A stretch of DNA of 64,000 nucleotides from Candidatus Micrarchaeota archaeon. GTDB lineage: Archaea; Micrarchaeota; Micrarchaeia; Norongarragalinales; Norongarragalinaceae. Positions 17,756 to 26,299 of the stretch are shown piece by piece (within the stretch, counting starts at the first letter, position 1; the number at the start of each line of letters is the position of its first letter). Both the position numbers and the translations under genes were made by a program. The stretch is taken from the NCBI GenBank assembly GCA_016207165.1, contig JACQQD010000012.1, positions 1-64,000 on the forward strand. Direction: 5' to 3'. Under the pieces are notes generated by a model that was not told the DNA's origin, ran no database searches, and saw nothing but the letters and a program-made list of their open reading frames with translations.

Positions 17756-18735
17756 CGCGGCTTTTTCGTGCGCATCGGATAGAAGTCGAATTTGAAAACG
17801 CGGTAAATGGTGAGCACCGAATAGTCTTTGAGCACGTCGGAAAACAGGCTCTTGAAATCCATGAGGATGCGCCGAAACTCGGCGGCGTTGGACACTTCCA
17901 CATTGAACTCGGCGTCAAAAGGCCCCAGGGCCTGGCTTGAAAAATAGATGCGGGGTTGCGCACGCAAGTACGCGTCCAAGTCGCGTTTCCGTTTTTTGTC
18001 CATGGGGTGCAATCGCAAAAGAAGCTTGTAGTGCGGCTGGCCCAGTGCCTCGTTGTCCAGCACCAATGCATAATGTTGGATCACTCCGGTTTTCTCCATT
18101 TTTTTGATGCGAAGGCGAACCGCGTCCGCGGACACGCCGACGGCTTGAGAAATCCGAACATACGGAAGGCGCGCATCCTGGCATAAAACCCCCAGAATCG
18201 ACAAGTCCACGTCATCCAGTCGGGCCAACGCCTCACGCGAGCCAAACCGAACCGGCTTGAACAATTCCGAGGAAGGCGCGGACACCAGGTAGGCGCGCGT
18301 GTAAAACTGGGCATCAAGCAGCACGACGATTTGGCGTTCGGAAATGTAGGCGCCGAATTCCTGGTTTAGGGCCTGAAGCTGGTCAAAGGCGTCCTCCGAC
18401 GAGCGGGCAAACAGGTTGAAAACGACGTCAAAGGCGCCATCGGTGCCCGCCAGCCACTGCACGCGCGGATGGCGCATCAAGTAGTCGAGGATTTTTTTCT
18501 CGGTGTGCGGATCCGCGTCCTGCAGCCGCAGGAAAACCTTGTAGCCGGTGTAGCCCAGCTTGGCCAGATCCACGATGGCCAAATACTTCTGGATGGCCGT
18601 TTTTTCCAGTCGGGAAAGCCTGTGGAACACGGCTTGTTTGCTTAATGACGCGGCATTCGCCAAGGCGGCCAGGGGCTGGCGGGCGTTTTGGTCCAACGCG
18701 TACAAAATCTTTCGGTCCTTGACGTCAAGAGGCAT
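17752..18735 (-). CDS. Lrp/AsnC-family regulator with duplicated HTH-RAM unit
   Basis: LDVKDRKILYALDQNAR and LDDVDLSILGVLCQDAR repeats; ATG 18735. Confidence 0.88.
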   Translation of the reverse strand: MPLDVKDRKILYALDQNARQPLAALANAASLSKQAVFHRLSRLEKTAIQKYLAIVDLAKLGYTGYKVFLRLQDADPHTEKKILDYLMRHPRVQWLAGTDGAFDVVFNLFARSSEDAFDQLQALNQEFGAYISERQIVVLLDAQFYTRAYLVSAPSSELFKPVRFGSREALARLDDVDLSILGVLCQDARLPYVRISQAVGVSADAVRLRIKKMEKTGVIQHYALVLDNEALGQPHYKLLLRLHPMDKKRKRDLDAYLRAQPRIYFSSQALGPFDAEFNVEVSNAAEFRRILMDFKSLFSDVLKDYSVLTIYRVFKFDFYPMRTKKPR

Positions 18736-18828
18736 GATTAACAAAAATGATTTTTTGATATAAATTACTTTGTTTTGTCAAATAATTTAGTAGAATCAAT
18801 TAAATTTATCTGATTTCACGTTCAAGCC

Positions 18829-19128
18829 GTGGCACTCAGCGAATTCCAGACAGGCACCGTGGTCTCCGTGCTCATGGTCATCGCCGTGGGGCACGCCGCG
18901 TTTGTGGGGGGCTCGCCTATGGACAGCGTGTGGATGTGGGGGCTGGGCTTTTTGTCTTACGCGCCCGTCATGCTGCTGAACGCGTTGGCCTCCTCGTCAT
19001 GGGCGTTACTGACTCCGCTGGCCGCGTTGGCGGTACTGGCGTACTTGATGGAATTGCAGAAAGCGGTCGGGGAAGGAATCTACTTGGTTATTTTGGCCGC
19101 CGGCATCTTGATGGGTTGGGGCGTGTAG
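18829..19128 (+). CDS. small hydrophobic membrane protein (paralog family)
   Basis: 99 aa with LLTPLAALA..GE..GV C-terminus. Confidence 0.7.
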   Translation: MALSEFQTGTVVSVLMVIAVGHAAFVGGSPMDSVWMWGLGFLSYAPVMLLNALASSSWALLTPLAALAVLAYLMELQKAVGEGIYLVILAAGILMGWGV

Positions 19129-19254
19129 CGTCCAGAAGCCTTAAAACGGCTTCACCTCCATATACCCTTTTTCTCCGGGGCCCAAAGCAAAGACCGTAAT
19201 GTTCCTCGGTTAGTTTGCCATCGCGCCCGGCAGGGCCGATGGGTTCGCTCAAAA

Positions 19255-19326
19255 GGGCTCGTAGTCGAGTGGTAAGACGCCGCCTTCGCAAGGCGGAGAC
19301 CGCGGGTTCAATTCCCGCCGAGTCCA
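19255..19326 (+). tRNA. tRNA-Ala(CGC)
   Basis: Cloverleaf with CCGCC-TTCGCAA-GGCGG anticodon arm and G3:U70 pair. Confidence 0.95.
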
Positions 19327-19327
19327 T

Positions 19328-19495
19328 AGTAGTTTGAGTAACCGCAAGTCTTTCAGTTCTGCGGCTGCTCGGACACGGGCCTTACGTGCGGTCGCTTCCC
19401 TGCAAAAAAGAGGGAGGGGATCGGGGTAACGTAGGACTAAGGGGAACCGTAGGTGCCCCTTAGTCCCGGCGTGGTTCAATTCCCGCCGAGTCCAT
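19328..19495 (+). mobile_element. 145-nt non-coding insert with GTAG+hairpin, followed by 23-bp duplication of tRNA-Ala 3' end
   Basis: GGTTCAATTCCCGCCGAGTCCAT at 19305-19327 and 19473-19495; hairpin GGACTAAGGGG..CCCCTTAGTCC 19434-19466. Confidence 0.7.
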
Positions 19496-19499
19496 TTTC

Positions 19500-20612
19500 A
19501 TGGAGAGTCGGCCGAAACGCATCGCGATTGCCGCCATGGGTACCGGCGGCCACATTTATCCAGGAATCGAGATCGCGCGCAAGCTTCGGGAACAGGGTCA
19601 CGAGGTGCTGTTCGTGGGCACCACGGACCGCATGGAAAAAGAGTTGGTGCCTGCGCAGGGGTTTCCGATTGAGTTGATTCGGGCCGAGCCGTTTGCCGGC
19701 GAAGGGGTTCTGGGAAAAATCCGGGCGCTGGTGAACTTGGTTCCGGCGACGGCGAAAAGTTTTCGGATTTTGAGGGACTTCAAGGCGGATGGCGTAGTGG
19801 GCACTGGGGCGTACGGCTCGGTGCCAGTGGCTTTGGCGGCCAAGCTTCGGGGCTTGCCGTTGGTAGTGTATGAACCCAATGGGCATCCGGGGTTGGCGAA
19901 CCGCGTTTTGTCGTGGCTGGCGGACTCGGTGTTCACTCCTTTTTCGGCGTTTGTGGACCGGTTTCCGAAGTCCAAGGTGAAAGTAGGGGCCGTGGTCAAG
20001 AAAGAGGCTTTATCCGCGGAAAGGAACCTGGGGCGGAACGGGTTTACGGTTTGGGTGTTTGGGGGAAGCCAGGGGTCGCGGGTGTTGAATCAGGCGGTGG
20101 TGGAGGCGTTGCCGCATTTGGAAGAAGGAATCAGGGTATCTCACATGACGGGGCGCAACGAGTTTGACGCGGTGCGGCGGCAGTACCCGGTGGATGGGGG
20201 GCATCGCGTGGTGCCGTACGTGGATGACGTTGGGAATGCGTACGGGGAAGCCGACGTGATCGTGATGCGGGGAGGCGCTACCAGCCTCACGGAAATCTCG
20301 GTTTTTCGGGACCCGCATGGAAAATCCAGGCCGGTCATCGCGGTTCCGTTCGAGGGACAAGGCGGCCAACAGACCACGCCCAACGTGTTGGCCGAAAAGG
20401 GGGCCCTTTTGGTCATTCCGCAAAGCAGGCTTTCCGGTCCCGCGTTGGCGCAAGCCGTCAACGGGTTGTATCGGGATGGAAAGACTCGGAAAGCGTTGGC
20501 GGACGCGTTGGCAGGGCAAGTCACGTCAAGCGAGGGCGCGCACGCTATTGCCGGCGAAATCGTTTCGCTGGCAGAGCGGCGGAACGGCGAGAAAATCCGG
20601 CAGCCGCGTTGA
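19500..20612 (+). CDS. MurG-like GT28 N-acetylglucosaminyltransferase
   Basis: GTGGHIYPG, EPNGHPGLANR, GGSQGS and RGGATSLTE motifs. Confidence 0.85.
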   Translation: MESRPKRIAIAAMGTGGHIYPGIEIARKLREQGHEVLFVGTTDRMEKELVPAQGFPIELIRAEPFAGEGVLGKIRALVNLVPATAKSFRILRDFKADGVVGTGAYGSVPVALAAKLRGLPLVVYEPNGHPGLANRVLSWLADSVFTPFSAFVDRFPKSKVKVGAVVKKEALSAERNLGRNGFTVWVFGGSQGSRVLNQAVVEALPHLEEGIRVSHMTGRNEFDAVRRQYPVDGGHRVVPYVDDVGNAYGEADVIVMRGGATSLTEISVFRDPHGKSRPVIAVPFEGQGGQQTTPNVLAEKGALLVIPQSRLSGPALAQAVNGLYRDGKTRKALADALAGQVTSSEGAHAIAGEIVSLAERRNGEKIRQPR

Positions 20613-20664
20613 CGGTCTTCGGAATTCTGGAAAGGTTTTAACGGGGCGCCGCCCTTTTTTTGTG

Positions 20665-21594
20665 ATGAAGAAGCAATTGCTTTTGTTGGCCAACGTGTTG
20701 GTGGCGTTGGCGCTGGCTTATTTTTTCCTTCAGTCCGCGGGCTTGGAGCGGGTGGGCGACTTTCTGTCGCGGGCGCGGCTTGAATTCGTGGTGTTGGGCG
20801 CGTTGTTTTACTCGGGCATGAATCTAGTGAACTCGTTTCGCATTGCGTGGGGGGCGAAAAGGCCGTGGCAACCGGCGTTGTTTTTCAAGCACATGACGTC
20901 CATGCTGGTGTCCGATTTCACGCCGGGGCGGGCGGGTTACTCCACCATCATCTTAAAGCTTCGGGCCGTTGGCGTGGAAAGCGGGTTGGCTATCAAGGCG
21001 TTGGGCATGGTGTTTGCCTCCGATTTTTTCAGCCGGGCCGTTTTGGCGGCCGCGGCGGTGCTGTATTTTGCGGGGCGCGTGGATGGCGCCGTGTTGTGGG
21101 TTACCGTTGGAGTCATGCTGGGTTTGGGCGTGGCGGTGTTGGGCGTTCTGGTGTTCCGCGTCAAGCTCGTGGAAAAGTTGTTGGCGTGGTTGCCGGGAAT
21201 CGGCGTGCGGCTGCAAGGGGCGTACCGGCACGTGATTTCCGCGCGATCCAGTCCGCGTTTTTTGGCGGGAAACGTCGCATTGAGCCTTTTTGGGGCGCTG
21301 CTGCGGGGAACGGCGTGGATGCTGGTTTTTTGGGCGATTGGGGGTTTTGGGCTGGAAGTCTGGGTGCCAGCGATTCTGGTGAGCGCGTTGGTGACGGCGT
21401 TAAGCTTTGTGCCGGTGTCGTTGGCTGGCCTTGGGTTGCAGGAGGGCGCGGGCGCGTATCTTTTTTCGGTGGCGTTGGGCGCGTCCTTGGAGCTTTGCGC
21501 GGCGGCCATGGTTCTTATTCGCGTCATGGAATTTGGTTCGAACGCGTTTTGGGGTTGGCGGGAGTTGTTGACGAACTGGCGGAAAAAGCGGTAA
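20665..21594 (+). CDS. UPF0104/LPG-synthase TM-domain (flippase-like) membrane protein
   Basis: DFTPGRAG and PVSLAGLGLQE motifs; many TM segments. Confidence 0.8.
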   Translation: MKKQLLLLANVLVALALAYFFLQSAGLERVGDFLSRARLEFVVLGALFYSGMNLVNSFRIAWGAKRPWQPALFFKHMTSMLVSDFTPGRAGYSTIILKLRAVGVESGLAIKALGMVFASDFFSRAVLAAAAVLYFAGRVDGAVLWVTVGVMLGLGVAVLGVLVFRVKLVEKLLAWLPGIGVRLQGAYRHVISARSSPRFLAGNVALSLFGALLRGTAWMLVFWAIGGFGLEVWVPAILVSALVTALSFVPVSLAGLGLQEGAGAYLFSVALGASLELCAAAMVLIRVMEFGSNAFWGWRELLTNWRKKR

Positions 21595-21610
21595 AGCGAT
21601 TTGACGGCGT

Positions 21611-22678
21611 TTAGCGGTAAAACGATTTGACGGCTTCCGCGATTTCCTGGATTTGGGCTTCGGTGACGGACGGGTGGACGGGCAAGCTCAACACGGTTTG
21701 ACAGAGTTTTTCCGTGATCGGGGTTTGCGCGTTCGCGTTGAAGGTTGCCAGCGAGTGAAGCGGGTGCGGGTAGTAGACGTTGGCCCCAATTTCCTTCTTT
21801 TTTAGGTGTTCCCAGAGCGCGTCGCGGTTTTCGGCTTTGACGGTGTACTGGTTAAAGACGTGGAACGCGTGCTCGCGTTCGGTTGGCGTTTGGATTTGGG
21901 GGACGCTGGAGAGCAAATCGTTGAGTATCCGAGCGTTCTTGCGGCGGGCCTCCGTGAATTTCGGAAGTTTTTGGAGTTGCGCGGAGCCCATGGCGCAGTT
22001 CACAGCCGGCAGGCGGTAGTTGTAGCCGGCGCAGGCGTAGTCGTAGGGCTTGCGTTGGCCGATGTTGCGCCACAGCCGGCATTTTTCCGCCAAATCGCTG
22101 GAGTCAGTCAATATCGCGCCGCCTTCGCCGGTCGTCATGTTCTTGGTGGGGTAAAAGGATTGGATTTGGGCGGCGTCGCCGAGGTTGGCGTTGGACTTCC
22201 ATTTCGCGCCGATGCTTTGGGCGTTGTCGCTTATCACGAGAAGGTCGTGTTCTTTGGCGATTTTGGAGATTTCATCCACGTCGTAGGCTTGGCCGTACAG
22301 GGAAACGGGGACAATGGCTTTGGTCTGGGAAGTGATGGCGGCCTCCAACGCGTGCGGGTCCATGGTGAAAAAGTCCGGGTCCACGTCCACGAACACGTTG
22401 TTCGCGCCGACGTAGCGGGCGGCGTTGGCGGTGGCGATGAAGGTGAAATCCGGGACGATGACCTGGTCGCCGGGACCGATGCCCAAGGCGTGGAAGATGA
22501 CGTGGAGGGCGGCTGTTCCACTGGACACGGCCACCGCATGCGGGTAACTGCAGTAATGGGCGAGTTCTTTTTCGAATTGTTCGACGAAGGGGCCAGCCGT
22601 GAGTTTGCCGCTTTCCAAGACTTTTTGCATGGCGGAAAGCTCTTCAGAACCAACCAATGGTTTGGCAATGGGAATAAT
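21611..22678 (-). CDS. DegT/DnrJ/EryC1/StrS aminotransferase (WbpE-like)
   Basis: SSGTAAL, DNAQSIG, SFYPTKNMTTGEGG, GYNYR; start uncertain (ATT 22678/22675 or TTG 22657). Confidence 0.9.
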   Translation of the reverse strand: MIPIAKPLVGSEELSAMQKVLESGKLTAGPFVEQFEKELAHYCSYPHAVAVSSGTAALHVIFHALGIGPGDQVIVPDFTFIATANAARYVGANNVFVDVDPDFFTMDPHALEAAITSQTKAIVPVSLYGQAYDVDEISKIAKEHDLLVISDNAQSIGAKWKSNANLGDAAQIQSFYPTKNMTTGEGGAILTDSSDLAEKCRLWRNIGQRKPYDYACAGYNYRLPAVNCAMGSAQLQKLPKFTEARRKNARILNDLLSSVPQIQTPTEREHAFHVFNQYTVKAENRDALWEHLKKKEIGANVYYPHPLHSLATFNANAQTPITEKLCQTVLSLPVHPSVTEAQIQEIAEAVKSFYR

Positions 22679-22684
22679 TCAACG

Positions 22685-23293
22685 TCACTTCCGGAGTTTC
22701 TCGTAGTCGGAAAGGGGAATAAAGTGAGGGGATGCGCAGGCGGTGCAAGACATTTCCGCGTTTTTTTCGTTTTTCTTGTCGAGTTTTAGTTTGTGGCCGC
22801 AGGCGCAGACAAAACCCATGACGCGCGCGGGGTTGCCTACCACCAAGCCATGGTCGGGGACGTCTTTGGTCACCACGCTCCCGGAGCCAGTCATGGCCCA
22901 TTTTCCGACGGTCACGCCGCAAACCAGGATGGTGCCGGCGCCCAGGGCCGCGCCGTCTTTGATGTGCGTAGTGGACACCTGCCAGTCGGAGCCACTTTTT
23001 AGGGAACCGTCGGGGTTGACCGCTCTGGGGAAGCGGTCGTTGGTGATCACGCAATGCGGGCCGACAAAGACGCCGTTTCCCAGGGAGGCGCCGTGGTAGA
23101 TGGAGCAATTGTTTTGGATTTTGCAAAAGTCGCCTATTTTCACGTCAAAGTCGATGTACACGTTTTTTCCGACGATGCAATTTTTTCCAAGGGAGGCGTT
23201 TTCGCGGATTTGGCTTTGGTGCCAGACTTGCGTGCCATCGCCCAGGTTGGCTTTGGGCGAGACGTCGGCAGTGGGGTGGATGCGGACGGTCAT
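22685..23293 (-). CDS. hexapeptide-repeat N-acetyltransferase (WbpD/WlbB-like)
   Basis: IHPTADVS, KIQNN, TNDRFPRA, VVGNPAR and C-terminal CxCG. Confidence 0.9.
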   Translation of the reverse strand: MTVRIHPTADVSPKANLGDGTQVWHQSQIRENASLGKNCIVGKNVYIDFDVKIGDFCKIQNNCSIYHGASLGNGVFVGPHCVITNDRFPRAVNPDGSLKSGSDWQVSTTHIKDGAALGAGTILVCGVTVGKWAMTGSGSVVTKDVPDHGLVVGNPARVMGFVCACGHKLKLDKKNEKNAEMSCTACASPHFIPLSDYEKLRK

Positions 23294-24201
23294 GTCACCA
23301 CGGTTTTCAGCCAGGCATGCGTTTTTTCCAGGCCTTCGTCCAGACTGGTTTGAGGCTCAAAGCCCAGGGCGGAAAGCGAGGAGACGTCGGCGAGTCGGTG
23401 GGCGATGTGGTCCCAGTCGCGGCGCGGTGTGAATTCAATGGGAGCAGGGTTGCCGGTGAGATCGTTGATTTTCTCGGCTAGAACTTTGATGGGAGTGGGT
23501 TGTCCGTTGCCGATGTTGGTGACTTTACCCGAGGTTTTCTCCGAACACAACAGCGTGGCTTTGACGGCGTCATCCACGTACGTGAAGTCGCGGGACTCGT
23601 CTCCGGTGCCGGTGATGGTCAGCGGTTTTTTTTTCATGGCGGCTTGAAAGAATTTGGGGATGACGTTGCGGTACGGTCCCGGATGCTCGCCGGGTCCGTA
23701 GACGTTGAAGTACCGAACCGACGTGGCCTTCAACCCGTAGTAGTCGTGGAAGTATTGCGAATAGTATTCACCCAAGAGCTTGGTGATGCCGTAAGGGGTT
23801 TCGGGTTGGGGCCGCAGGTCCTCGCGCATCGGCGGCTTCGCGGCCCCGTAGACGCAGGAGGAAGAAGAGTAGAGAAACCGTTCGACGTCGTATTTTCGGG
23901 AAAGTTCAAGCAATCGGAGGGTGACTTCGCCGTTGACTTCCAAGTCCATGAAGGGGTCCTCCACGGATTTCTGGTTGGCGAAATGCGCGGCGAGGTGGTA
24001 AACGTGCGTGAACTCGTTTTTTTTGAAGAGGTTTTCCACGAACGCGGCGTCGCGCAAGTCATGCGGAATGAAGGACGCGTTTGGGGGGACGTTTTCGCGG
24101 TGGCCTTCGGAGAGGTTGTCCACCACCACGACGTCGCCTTCCAGCGCGGCGGCCAGGCGGGATGCAATGAAGCCGGCGCCACCGGTAACCAGGGAAACCA
24201 T
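23290..24201 (-). CDS. NAD-dependent epimerase/dehydratase
   Basis: TGGAGFIA, SSSSCVYG, YGITK. Confidence 0.9.
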   Translation of the reverse strand: MVSLVTGGAGFIASRLAAALEGDVVVVDNLSEGHRENVPPNASFIPHDLRDAAFVENLFKKNEFTHVYHLAAHFANQKSVEDPFMDLEVNGEVTLRLLELSRKYDVERFLYSSSSCVYGAAKPPMREDLRPQPETPYGITKLLGEYYSQYFHDYYGLKATSVRYFNVYGPGEHPGPYRNVIPKFFQAAMKKKPLTITGTGDESRDFTYVDDAVKATLLCSEKTSGKVTNIGNGQPTPIKVLAEKINDLTGNPAPIEFTPRRDWDHIAHRLADVSSLSALGFEPQTSLDEGLEKTHAWLKTVVT

Positions 24202-24211
24202 CCAAAAACCA

Positions 24212-24252
24212 ATGTAAAGCTTTATTTACATTAAGTATATATGTCTTTACAT
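24212..24252. promoter_or_regulatory. two ATGTAAA-N6-TTTACAT-type boxes in a divergent promoter
   Basis: ATGTAAAGCTTTATTTACAT (24212) and AAGTATATATGTCTTTACAT (24233). Confidence 0.75.
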
Positions 24253-24293
24253 CCGTTCAGCGTCTTTTAAGCCTTTGGAGATGAAAGCGTAGC

Positions 24294-25376
24294 ATGAAAA
24301 TCGTCAGCGTGGTGGGGGCGCGGCCCAACTTCATGAAGATGGCGTCGCTGGATGCGGCATTTCGGAAATCCGGGAAGGTCCAGAACGTCCTGGTGCACAC
24401 CGGCCAGCACTACGACGACGCGATGAGCCAAGTGTTCTTTGACGAACTGCAGTTGCCCAAGCCCGACCAGTACCTCGGCGTGGGTTCCGGGTCGCATGCA
24501 CAACAGACGGCGGAAGTCATGAAACGATTCGAGCCGGTCATGGATCTGGAAAAACCGGATGCCGTGCTGGTAGTGGGAGACGTGAATTCGACGCTGGCGT
24601 GCGCGTTGGCGGCAGCAAAAAAACAGGTGCCGGTGGCGCACGTGGAAGCGGGGTTGCGGTCGTTTGACAAAAACATGCCGGAGGAAGTCAACCGCCTGGT
24701 GACGGACCATTTGTCCACGTGGCTGTTCACGTCGGAGCCCTCCGGAGCAAAAAACCTGGAAAAAGAAGGTATCACGGACGACGTTTTTTTTGCTGGAAAC
24801 ACCATGATTGACACCCTCCGGTTTTTCCATAAAAAAGCCAGAGACTTGAACATGAAGGAGAAGCTGGATTTGGAGGGATACGGATTGGTAACGCTTCACC
24901 GGCCCGAGAATGTGGACGATTCAAAGACATTGGCTAAAATCGTGGCGCTTTTGGAAGTGGCGTCCCGGCATGAAGAATTGGTGTGGCCCGTCCACCCCCG
25001 GACGAAAAAACAGTTGGAGCACACGGGCCTCAACCAACGCATCGCCGACAACAAAAAAATTCGGTTGCTGGAACCCCAAGGATACCTTGAATTCTTGAGT
25101 TTGCAAATGGACGCGCGCTTCGTGCTGACGGATTCCGGCGGAATCCAGGAGGAAACCACGTTTTTGGACGTACCCTGCCTGACTCTCCGCGAGAACACGG
25201 AGCGGCCGGTGACGGTGGAACAAGGATCCAACACCCTGGTCGGGTCCGACAAAGGGAAACTCAGGGCTGCCCTGGAGCAAATCGGCCGGGGCACGTACAA
25301 GCACGCCACGGTTCCAGAGAACTGGGATGGCAAAGCCGGGCAACGCATCGCCGAGTATTTGGAGGCCACGGAATGA
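24294..25376 (+). CDS. wecB: UDP-N-acetylglucosamine 2-epimerase (non-hydrolysing)
   Basis: GARPNFMK, HTGQHYD, HVEAGLRS, DSGGIQEE, RENTERP. Confidence 0.93.
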   Translation: MKIVSVVGARPNFMKMASLDAAFRKSGKVQNVLVHTGQHYDDAMSQVFFDELQLPKPDQYLGVGSGSHAQQTAEVMKRFEPVMDLEKPDAVLVVGDVNSTLACALAAAKKQVPVAHVEAGLRSFDKNMPEEVNRLVTDHLSTWLFTSEPSGAKNLEKEGITDDVFFAGNTMIDTLRFFHKKARDLNMKEKLDLEGYGLVTLHRPENVDDSKTLAKIVALLEVASRHEELVWPVHPRTKKQLEHTGLNQRIADNKKIRLLEPQGYLEFLSLQMDARFVLTDSGGIQEETTFLDVPCLTLRENTERPVTVEQGSNTLVGSDKGKLRAALEQIGRGTYKHATVPENWDGKAGQRIAEYLEATE

Positions 25377-26299
25377 AACTGGTGACCGGAGGGGCGGGAT
25401 TCATCGGCAGCCACTTGTGCGAGGCTTTGGCAAAAAAAGACGATGTGCGCGTCCTGGACAACTTCAGCGTGGGCACGCAGAACAAGGCGTGGTTGGAAGA
25501 AAAAGGCGTGGACGTGGTGGAAGGCGACATCCGGGACCTGGAAATCGTGAAGGAAGCCATCGCGGACTGCGACGCGGTGTTTCACCTGGCGGCGATGAAC
25601 CGCGCGGCGCGCAGCATCGAAAACCCGTTGGAGGCCAACGCCGTGAACGTGGACGGGACGCTTAACGTATTGGAGGCGTGCCGGAAAGCGGATGTGGAAA
25701 AACTCGTTTTCGCCTCGTCTTCCTCCGTGTACGGCGGCGGAACGGAATTGAACCGCGAGGACCAAGCCTGCCGGCCGCTTCACCCCTACGCCGTTGGAAA
25801 GTTGGCGGGCGAAGAGTACAGCCGCGTGTACTATTCTCTGTACAATCTCAAGACGGTCGTGTTGCGGTACGTCAGCGTGTACGGGCCCCGCCAGCGCGGC
25901 GACATTTCGTATGCCGCCGTGGTCCCGAAATTCATCGAGCAAATCACGGCCGGGAAAAAAGTGACGGTGTACGGCTCGGGAGACCAGACGCGTCAGTTCA
26001 CGTACGTGGCGGACACCGTGGCGTTGACTTTGGCGGCCGCGAAAAGCCCAAAAGCGGTGGGACACGTCTTCAACGTGGCATCGGAACAACCCAGACGCGT
26101 CAACGAAATCGTTTCCTGCCTCGAAAAAATCACGGGAAAAAAAGCGAAGGTCACCCACGAACAAAAAAAGCCGGGTGACCCCGACGCCAACCCCATTGAC
26201 ACGAAAAAAAGCCGGGAGTTCCTCGGCGTTTCCGCGACCACGGCCTTGGAACAGGGTTTAAGCGAAATGGTGGAATGGTACGAGAAAACGAGGGAATGA
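25373..26299 (+). CDS. NAD-dependent epimerase/dehydratase
   Basis: TGGAGFIGS, ASSSSVYG, YAVGK. Confidence 0.9.
   Translation: MKLVTGGAGFIGSHLCEALAKKDDVRVLDNFSVGTQNKAWLEEKGVDVVEGDIRDLEIVKEAIADCDAVFHLAAMNRAARSIENPLEANAVNVDGTLNVLEACRKADVEKLVFASSSSVYGGGTELNREDQACRPLHPYAVGKLAGEEYSRVYYSLYNLKTVVLRYVSVYGPRQRGDISYAAVVPKFIEQITAGKKVTVYGSGDQTRQFTYVADTVALTLAAAKSPKAVGHVFNVASEQPRRVNEIVSCLEKITGKKAKVTHEQKKPGDPDANPIDTKKSREFLGVSATTALEQGLSEMVEWYEKTRE

Noticed and set aside
19473-19495. Second tRNA gene or split-tRNA half
   Set aside because: Only part of the T-arm and the acceptor 3' strand are present and the upstream tRNA-Ala is complete; treated as a target duplication
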